Source of the DNA: Schmidtea polychroa
Taxonomy: Eukaryota
Direction of reading: 5' to 3'
Assembly: GCA_044892525.1 (NCBI GenBank)
Contig: CM097885.1
Coordinates: 21,020,001 to 21,084,000 of the forward strand
Length of the DNA stretch: 64,000 bases
Part shown: piece after piece, positions 54,601 to 64,000 of the stretch
How positions within the stretch are numbered: position 1 is the stretch's first letter
Layout of the letters: every line of letters starts with the position of its first letter
Notes under the pieces: model-generated
Told to the model about the DNA's origin: nothing
The model's input: the letters and a program-made list of their open reading frames with translations, nothing else
Databases searched by the model: none
Made by a program: the position numbers and the translations under genes

Positions 54601-57600
54601 TTTTAAATAAAAATTAATTTCATTGACAATTAGGTTAATAATTAAGTGATTTTTGATGATAACTTTGTAATATATTTGACTAAATAATTTTTCAATAATT
54701 TTCTAAGAATATTTACACATTGATGCACTTTAAAAAACATAAGCTAAGAAACCAACTTTATCAATGACTTTAAATTTACTTGATAATTATTGTAGGATAT
54801 ACAGAAATTTAGTTTGCTGTTATTGCTTGAAAATGATTGGTTGAATCGATGTAGAAAATATTGATTTTTGATCTTTTAGTGAACTCTTACTACATAGCTA
54901 CTAAATTATTTCAATGGAAGAATATTTGGTGTCTATAACAATTAAGTCATATTTTTGAAGTTCTTTAAAGATTTTAAGAGGATTGATATATATTAAACGG
55001 CTCAAGTGGGCGGAATCTTTAGGGAAAATAAGGGATATATTCGGTTAGATGTTTAAAGGGGGTAGAAATATTTGGTGAGAGATCGGTTAAGATGGGATAT
55101 TGTTGGTTAAATTTAATGAGGGATGGGTTAAGATGGGAATATATGATCTTTTGAGGGGATATAGTCGGTTAGATTTAATGAGAGATCAGATAAGGTGGGA
55201 ATATATCATTGTAAGGGAGATATAGTCGATTGACTTTAATGAAGGATGGGTTAAGATTGGAATATAGTCGGTTAAATTTAATGAGAGATGGGTTAAGATG
55301 GGAATATATGATTTTTTTAATGGTGATGTTGGTAAAATATCATTGTTTTAAGGGAAATGTCAATTAGTCAGTTATGTATCAATAATAATTATATCGTTTT
55401 ATTAGGTTGTGATTAATCCATTGTATATTAATTTAGATTTATGTTTTAGAACAATGTTTTATTAAATTTTCTATTAATTATCCAGGGTTTTATTACGTAG
55501 TGTTAATGACCGATTTACTTGGTTTTGACAATGAAATCTTTATAGATAATTGGGATTGACTTCAACTTTAATTTATTTTTATCTTTATTTAGGCGGAGAA
55601 TGACAAAAGTTGAAAAATATGGACTTAAAACATCGACAACAACTAAATAAAATTGATCTTTATTGGAAGAAATCTTGATTTTAATTAGTAATTAAATCGG
55701 TTGAAAATTGGTAAAAATGATCATTTTAAGAAATATATTTTATTGAATGGATAAATTTAATCTTTCAATGGGACCTAGTCAGTTATATTTATTTTAAATT
55801 TCGAGTACAATGATTTACAAAAATTTACAGTGATTAACAAAAATTTTATTATAACCGGTTTTGTCATTAGATTTTATAAATTCTTTAGGGTTAATGATTT
55901 TACATGTTTTATAAGGAAATATTCGTGATAGTAGGAATTATAGTCATTTGAAGGGATTTTAAGCAATCTTATTAGTCAGAGGTAAATATATAACCTTTTA
56001 AGGATATTTATCGATAAAATACTAATCTTTAAAGATATAGTTATTTCAGGGAAATTTGATGCTTTTTAGATGATTTTAGTGAAATATTTGTAATAATACG
56101 AATTAAGGGTAGAAATATAGTCATTTGAGGGATTTTAAGGAATCTTGTTAGTTCGAGGTGAATATATGATCTTTAACAAGTACTTATCGATAAGATACCA
56201 ATCTTTAAATATTGATATATTTCAGGGAAAATGATTCTTTTTAGATGATTTTATTAGAGAATTCGCTTGAATATACCAATTATTTAAATGAATTTACTGG
56301 TTTGTTAGATGTTATCATTAGTTATCTAGTCTCTTTTGGAATTTAATGATAATTATTTTTATTGTAGATTGCTGACTTTGATAATTTTAATGAATTCATA
56401 CTGATTTTTTGAATATATTGAGGAATTAGTAAATAGATTTGAGTACATGTATTACTTTTAAAAAAATACTTAAAATTAATTTTATTTCAAATAATTTATT
56501 CAATCTAAATCAATTATCTACTAGATCTTATCTTATTAATTTATTATCTTAGTTGATTCAACTTGAATGATCAGCATTTTTTTTTATTTATTGGATGATT
56601 AGAATTTTTTCTTGTCCATTAATTAAATTTTTATGATATTTATTTCGAATAATTTAAATTTTTTACAATAATTTAATCAATTTTTATCAAGTTATTGATG
56701 CCTTGAGTTCAATTAATTTTCCATCTAATTTTTCAAGTGATGAGTATTTGCTTTTAAAGATCAATTTGTTAGTACATAGTTGTTGGTTGTAAGTAGTTGG
56801 TTGACTTTTTAGATTTTGATAAGAAAATAGTGTATGTGATGAAGAGTATTTTGTATTTAATTGCTATTATTTTTATGTGTGGTTAGTTGATTGTTTGTAC
56901 TAAGTTGTTGGTATCTTGTATTTGGTAGTTGGTACAGTGTTGTTTATTGATTGTTGTTATATAGTTGTAGGTTGATATTTGTTAATTTCTCGATGGGTTT
57001 TGATGGTGGTTGTTAGTAGTTGGTATCAGGTAACTGGTTGTTAGTACTTAGTAGCTAGTTAATGGGTAGGTTGTGGTTGAGTGTTACCAATACCCCTACG
57101 ACTAGTACCTTTACGACCAGTACCCTTGCGACCAGTACCCTTACGACCTGTACCCTTAGGGGGTCAAAACATCCTGTCGGATAAACTCAGAGTATATATA
57201 ATAAAACTGATCAACAATAAGTATTTATTGAATGCGATTTTTACATTGCAATAATAAGTTATCATTTAAAAGAAGAATGTTTTGTAAATTAGAATTCATT
57301 AGTCTTTCATTGTAATTATTTTGAATTCCAAGTGGTGATGAGTTGTGGTTTTTTGATGAAAATCAACATTTTTGTTAAATTTAGACATTTTGAAAAGGTT
57401 TTTCTAATGATTGTAATTAAATATATTTTTGTAGATAGATAAAAAATTAATTTAAAAAGCATTTCATAAAATACAGTGAAGAATATTTAGTAGTTAGTTG
57501 TAAGTATCTGGTTGTTTGAGAGTTAGTTAGTACGTGGTATCATGTTGAAAGTATTTGTTAGCACCTAGTTAAAAAATAATCAGTAACCGATTGTTGGTAA

Positions 57601-57617
57601 CTGTTGAATTATTATTA

Positions 57618-57680
<63 letters not shown>

Positions 57681-60600
57681 CATTTAAATTTCCATTTAAA
57701 TTTTCATTATAAATTACATTATTATAAATTACTTATTTTAAATTTTTAACTTTAATTTACCTAATTATTCTTTATTTCTTAATTTTACACCATAATTTAC
57801 TAACAACTAAATATAATCCTTATTTTCATATTTAACCAATAATTTCATGTGGTCATCTGGTTGTAAGTGTTTGGTATCTAGTTGACAGTACTAGGTATCT
57901 TGAACTTGGTTGTTAGTACTTGGTGGTTATTCAATCTTTTGATAATAAATTTAAAAATCTTACTTTAATTTACTTATTTAGCTTTAATTTAAAATTTGAA
58001 CCATTGGTTACTTAATTTAAAATTTGAACCTTAATTTACTTTTTTAAAAATTATTACTTTAATTTACCTAATTATTCTTTATTTCTTAATTTTACACCAT
58101 AATTTACTTAACAACTAAATATAATCCTTATTTTCATATTTAACCAATAATTTCATGTGGTCATTGATTAATTGACGAAGATTTGCATCTAAAATTAACA
58201 TTGAATATCCCAGAAAACTTTCATCTTAAATTGACTTTAACTTTAATATTTTAGACCATTGATTAGTTAATTTCAAAATTAAATATTAATTTACTTATTT
58301 AACCAATAATTTCATGTGGTCATCTGGTTGTCAGTGCTTGGTATCTAGTTGACAGTGCTTAGTACTAGGTATCTAGTTGTTAGCTGGTTGTTAGTACTTA
58401 GTATTTAGTTGGTTGATAATGCTTAGTACTTGGTAGGTGGTTGTAGGTGCTTAGTAGTTGGTAACTGGTTGTTAGTACTTGGTATCTAGTACCTAGTTAG
58501 CTGGTTGTAGCTAGTTAATGGGTAGGTGGTTGTAGGTACTTGGTAACTGGTTGTTAGTATCTAGTTGTAGGTACTTGGTAGGTGGTTGTTGAGTAGTTGG
58601 TATCAGGTAAATAGTTGTTAGTAACTAGTTGTAAGTACTTGGTATCTGGTTGTTAGTTGTTATCTGGTTGTGAGTAGTTGGTATCAGGTTGTTAGCTGGT
58701 TGATAGTACTTGGTATCTGGTAATTATTTGTAGGTACTTGGTTGTTTGAGAGTTATTTAGTACGTGGTATCTAGTTGTAGGTACTTGGTATCAGGTAACA
58801 GGTTGTTAGTAACTAGTTGTAAGTTGTAAGTGTTTGGTATCTAGTTGACAGTGCTTAGTACCTGGTTGTTGTCGGTTGTAGGTACTTGGTATCTAGTACC
58901 TAGTTGGTTGTAGGTACTTAGTAGTTGGTAATTAATGCTTAGTACCTGGTTGTTGTTGGTTGTGAGTACTTGGTATCTGGTAACTGGTTGTTAGCTGGTT
59001 GATGTTGGTTGTTAGTACTTGGTATCTAGTTGTTTGCTGGTTGTAGCTAGTTAATGGGTAGGTGGTTGTAGGTACTTGGTAACTGGTTGTTGGTATCTAG
59101 TTGTAGGTGGTTGTATGTACTTGATATCTAGTTGACAGGGCTTAGTACTTGTTATCTAGTTGTTAGTACTTGGTATATAATGCTTAGTATCTGGTTGATG
59201 TTGGTTGTAAGTACATAGTTGGTTGTAGGTACTTAGTAGTTGGTAACTGGTTGTTGGTATCTAGTTGTAGGTATCTGGTTGATGTTGGTTGTAAGTACTT
59301 GGTATCTAATTGACATGGCTTAGTACTTGGTTATTGTCGGTTGTTATTATTTGGTATCTTGTACTTGGTATCAGGTAACTGGTTGTTAGTATCTAGTTTT
59401 AGGTAACTGGTTGCAAATACATGTTCGTAAGTTACTGGTATTTGGTACTAAGTTGTTGGTTTGTTGTTGAATTATTATTAAAATTTGTCTTTGAAAAATA
59501 TTTCATAAAAATTTCCATCTAAAATTATCATTGAAAAATATTTCTTAAAAATTTCCATTAAAAATTAACTTAAAAAATTATTCCATAAAAATTTCCATTA
59601 AAAATTACCATTGAAAAATATTTCATTAAAATTTTCATTAAAAAATTTCAATTCTCAAACACCTTCTATTATTTCAACTTTTTGTTAATAAATTTTAAAA
59701 TCTTACTTTAATTTACTTATTTAAAATTTTTTACCATTGATTACTTATTTAAAAAATTATTACTTTAATTTACTTATTTAACTTTAATTTTAATTTTTTA
59801 CTTTGATTACTTAATTTTAAAATTTGGACCATTATTTACTGTAATTTAATTTTTAAGAACCTTAATTTACTTTAATTTAAAAATTTGGACCATTATTTAC
59901 TTTAATTCAAAAATTTGGACCATAATTTACTTTAATTTAAAAATTTGGACCATTATTTACTTTAATTGAAAAATTTGGACCATAATTTACTTTAATTTAA
60001 TTTTTAGAACCATAATTTACTGTAATTTAATTTTTTAGAACCAATATTTACTGTAATTTAATTTTTTTAGAACTATTATTTACTGTAATTGAAAAAATTG
60101 GACCATAATTTACTGTAATTTAATTTTTTAGGACCACAATTTACTGTATTTGAAAAATTTGGATCATAATTTACTGTAATTTAATTGTTTAAGACCATTA
60201 TTTACTTTAATTGAAAAATTTACCACGTTTTTTAGTGTAGACCACCTTTTTCTCAGGACCAAGGAGACCCACCTCACTATAGTCTGAAAAATCCTTGGCT
60301 TTTTTAGTGTAGACCGCCTATTTGTATTGAAAATATCCTGAGACCTTAAATTACCATGCTTTTTTATTGAAGACCGCATTTTTCTATTGAAATTCTCAGG
60401 ACCAAGGAGACCCACCTGAATTGACCTAGAAAAATCCATGCTTTTTTAGTGACAATCGGATTTTTGTATTGAAAATATCCTGAGACCTTAAATTACCATG
60501 CTTTTTTATTGAAGACCGCATTTTTCTATTGAAATTCTCAGGACCAAGGAGACCCACCTGAATTGACCTAGAAAAATCCATGCTTTTTTAGTGACAATCG

Positions 60601-61376
60601 GATTTTTGTATTGAAAATATCCTGAGACCTTAAATTACCATGCTTTTTTTATTGAAGACCACCTTTTTGTATTGAAAATATCCTGAGACCTTAAATTACC
60701 ATGCTTTTTTATTGTAGACCAGCTTTTGTATTGAAAATATCCTGAGACCTTAAATTACCATGCTTTTTTATTGATAGTCGGATTTTTGTATTGAAAATAT
60801 CCTGAGACCTTAAATTACCATGCTTTTTTAGTTTAGACCAGCTATTTCTCAGGTCCAAGGAGACTCACCTCACTATAGTCTGAAAAATCCTTGGCTTTTT
60901 AGTGTAGACCACCTATTTGTATTGAAAATATCCTGAGACCTTAAATTACCATGCTTTTTTATTGATAGTAGGATTTTTGTATAGAAAAAAAAATTTTTGT
61001 ATTGAAAATCCCAGGACCATCGAGACCCCCTCACTATAGTCTGAAAATTCCATGCTTTTTTAGTGAGACCGACTTTTTGTATTGAAAAAATTTTATTTGT
61101 ATTGAAAATCCCAGGACCATCGAGACCCCCTCACTATAGTCTGAAAATTCCATGCTTTTTTAGTGAGACCGCCTTTTTGTATTGAAAAAATTTTATTTGT
61201 ATTGAAAATCCCAGGACCATCGAGACCCCCTCACTATAGTGTGATAAAAAAAAATTTGGACCAAAAATCCCTGAAAGCAAAAAAATGAGTTGGGAACAAT
61301 TGCGTAATAAAAATTTGGGAACAAACCCCCCCCCGGGGGGGGGGTAATTGTTCCCGTAGGCTACTATCTACCTACT
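44576..61376. mobile_element. Element B: 16.8-kb non-coding palindromic element, same family as element A
   Basis: Ends AGTAGGTAGATAGTAGCCTACGG...CCGTAGGCTACTATCTACCTACT. 6-bp TSD TGCATA at 44570-44575 and 61377-61382. Arms ~44576-53013 and ~53390-61376 with a ~375-bp spacer. Confidence 0.92.
52310..54110. repeat. Inner near-perfect inverted repeat of element B (~700-bp arms)
   Basis: ~52310-53013 versus 53390-~54110; contains ATCGGGGG(G)ATATAAGTGA x4 and AACTAGTTTATTACATAACAAGC x2. Confidence 0.9.
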
Positions 61377-61880
61377 TGCATAGAAACCGATGGGTTGTAT
61401 GGTCCTCAGTGTCTGTCGTTCGAGGTTATCCATAAAGATGATTGCTAGCAGTCCTGATATGCTAGAACCCATAGGCAGACCTTTAACTTGTTTATAGATA
61501 TTTTTTTCAAAGGTAAAATAGGTGTTCTCGAGGATAACAGTAAGTAGTTTGGTGATATTCTCGATATTCATTTCCTTTATTAACAAGTTGCTTTCTCTTA
61601 ATTTCTTTTCTAAACATTGAATAGCCTCTGTTGGTTCGATAGATGTGTATAGTGATACGACATCAAGACTAAATGGGTATTGGAATTCTCTATGATAAAT
61701 CATGTTATTATTTAGTCTTGTCATGAGGCAGTCGCTGCTTTGAAGATGGTGTGGTATCGTGTCTAATAAAGGTTTCAAGATCTTTGCAAGGAGCCAACTT
61801 GTTTTAGTTGTTGGTCCATTTTTGTTGGACACTATAGGTCTAATTTTGATACCAGGACCCTCTTTGTGAGTTTTAATTAG
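61377..61880 (-). pseudogene. Penelope RT N-terminal part (5'-truncated)
   Basis: IKTHKEG..IRPIVS, FSLDVVSLYTSI, YKQVKGLPMGSSISGLLAIIFM, ending IGFYA at the TSD. Confidence 0.9.
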
Positions 61881-62868
61881 GAATATCCCATTCATCAGTG
61901 ACATACTCGACTTCAAGATCCTGAAAGAACTTAAACGTACCGGTCTTCCAATTCGGATAGCACATAAATCTTGGACATTGAGAAGGGCTCTGGCAGGCAA
62001 CATAAATAGAGAAAACAATTGCACAATGAAAAACTGCCAGACACCGAAAGATATGTGCTTTAGAAAAAACATCGTCTATTGCATCACGTGCAATGTATGC
62101 AATGAAATCTACATTGGAAGTACCCTCAGGACATTGCACCAAAGAGTTAAAGAACATCTAGTTCCTGGTGGAACATCCTCGTTGGGCAGACATCTCCGGC
62201 AGTGTCAGCCAACAGAAGAAAGAAAAAATATTTCAATAAAAATCATAGCTAATGGAAACATCCAAAAGAAAAATGTCAGAATCAAAGAAGCAATTCTCAT
62301 CATAAACAGACAGCCAAAGATCAACACTAAAGAAGAAATCAATGAAATCATGAATTTGATCTGTTGTCATTGACTTTGAGAATAACTGACAATATATAAA
62401 GAAATTAAAAAAAATAGAATAAATTAAAAAGTAATAATTAGAATAATATAAAAAAAAATTTTAAAAAATAGGGTTTGAAAATCAAAATTGACACATTTAT
62501 TGAAATATTTAAATAGCATATATAAGTGGTTATTGGAGGCTTTATTTAAAATATTTTCAAATATTTTATTAGGCTTCTAGAAGCTAATTATAGAAGCTGT
62601 AAAAAAATTTAAAAATTTTTAGTTTGTGTCATTTTGAAATTTTAAATGTAAAAAATTTTAAAAGTTTTTAGTAAAACAATTCATTATATTTACAACCAAT
62701 GAGAATTAAGAGAAAGGAAATCAAAGAAAGATTGAAAGGTATTTTGGGGAAGAACATTGCTAAATTCCAGGAGATTGACAAGGACTATCGTATAGTCGAA
62801 AATTCTTTCATTAAATACATTATTTGCAGCAAAAGGATTAAATCATCATTTTATTGTTTTAAATAATA
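61881..62868 (+). repeat. Inverted Penelope 3' copy (pLTR-like), including a GIY-YIG fragment ending at 62373
   Basis: Near-identical reverse complement of ~43160-44146. Confidence 0.9.
62771..62809 (+). ncRNA. Second, identical copy of the candidate hammerhead ribozyme
   Basis: GAGATTGACAAGGACTATCGTATAGTCGAAAATTCTTTC. Confidence 0.45.
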
Positions 62869-62897
62869 AATGCTGCTACCAAGCAATCATCATTTTA

Positions 62898-63021
<124 letters not shown>

Positions 63022-64000
63022 AAATTCTGTAATTTGTTTTTTAAATCTATAATATCTAGTTTTTTTATATCCTGCCTGACTCATTTGAAATTTAAGTTTA
63101 AAAGTTAAACAATTCTACTGAATTAGATAAAGTAATGTTTCATAAATATACGGATAAAAATAACAAAAACATGGCTGTCCTAGTAATGTTAAAACACGAA
63201 CATTGTGACACATATTCCCATTTCCTACATTGTTTAAAGTTAGACGTCCAATTTTATAGTGATTTAATGTCGTTAGTTGTTCAGAAACATTAGTACCACA
63301 CATTACTTACTGACATAGATTTTCAAAATTAAATTTATGTTAAGAACCATTTATGAGTATCTGAAATTTAAAATGAAACTAAATTAAAGGTGAAGTAGCT
63401 AAAAGATTTTGAAGATAATAAATTAACGAAATAAAATGTCAGATGGATGACTAATTTAGTTAAAATAATGTTTCATTTATTTAAACAAATCAAAGATGAA
63501 TAAAAAAAATTAGAATTTTGTAGATAAAATAAAGTTCATTGTGATAATCGATGCAATTTCTAATGTTGGACTAATTTCGAGCTTATTTAGTTATTAGCAT
63601 CAACAAATGAGAAACTGAATATCATGCAATATTTGGATAGGTTAATATATTTATACGAAACCAATCGAATTGAGACAAGACTGTAATATTTTGAGGCGAT
63701 TAACATTTAAGCAAATAACTGGAAAATTAATGTTTTAATTCTAACATCAATTTAGTTTTATGTAATTTGAATAATTAAATTTATATACATTTTAAAAAAC
63801 TTTAAACTGATCAAAATAATATTTTAAATTTTTACTATTGAGTAAAAGGAAATTATAACTAAAATCTCGAAATCATTTAAACAAAATCAAATTTAAATTA
63901 TTTTTTAACATATAAACAAAAAAAATTATTACAAAAATAAAATAATTTCATTGATAAATATTATTTGTATTCGTGAATAATATTATAGTTATTATTTGTC

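Noticed and set aside
44576..61376. Classical Foldback/Galileo or Mutator-type element
   Set aside because: The modular long TIRs are similar, but those groups make 7-bp or 9-11-bp TSDs. Here the TSD is 6 bp with AG...CT ends homologous to the adjacent Polinton.
61368..62072. 234-aa ORF as a single gene (likewise the N-terminus of 44273-44812)
   Set aside because: It is chimeric: antisense of the inverted GIY-YIG copy fused to RT. The 44273-44812 ORF begins inside element B's terminus.

Overview
This is very AT-rich eukaryotic (animal-like) DNA with (AAT)n microsatellites and tiny GT-AG introns; a flatworm such as a planarian is my guess only. It is dominated by mobile elements. (1) The right part of a Polinton/Maverick (<1..24931) carries the pPolB N-terminus, major and minor capsid, integrase and packaging ATPase. 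It also has unusual cargo, several genes of which are spliced: a TBP-like protein, a two-exon Bcl-2-like protein and a five-exon acidic protein with tandem SIM-like motifs. (2) Two giant non-coding palindromic elements (1599..13739 and 44576..61376) have Polinton-type AGTAG...CTACT ends and perfect 6-bp TSDs. They share terminal sequence and a ~71-bp internal motif with the Polinton. One sits inside the Polinton and the other splits a Penelope RT gene at YA|RYVDD. They look like non-autonomous Polinton satellites and are the main candidate for a new system. (3) Also present are a decayed Ty3/Gypsy element with TA...TA LTR ends, a Penelope element with an inverted 3' copy and a candidate variant hammerhead ribozyme, a small Helitron, hAT, piggyBac and Tc1/mariner relics, and four exons of an unidentified host gene. 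All calls come from reading the sequence by eye; no searches were run.
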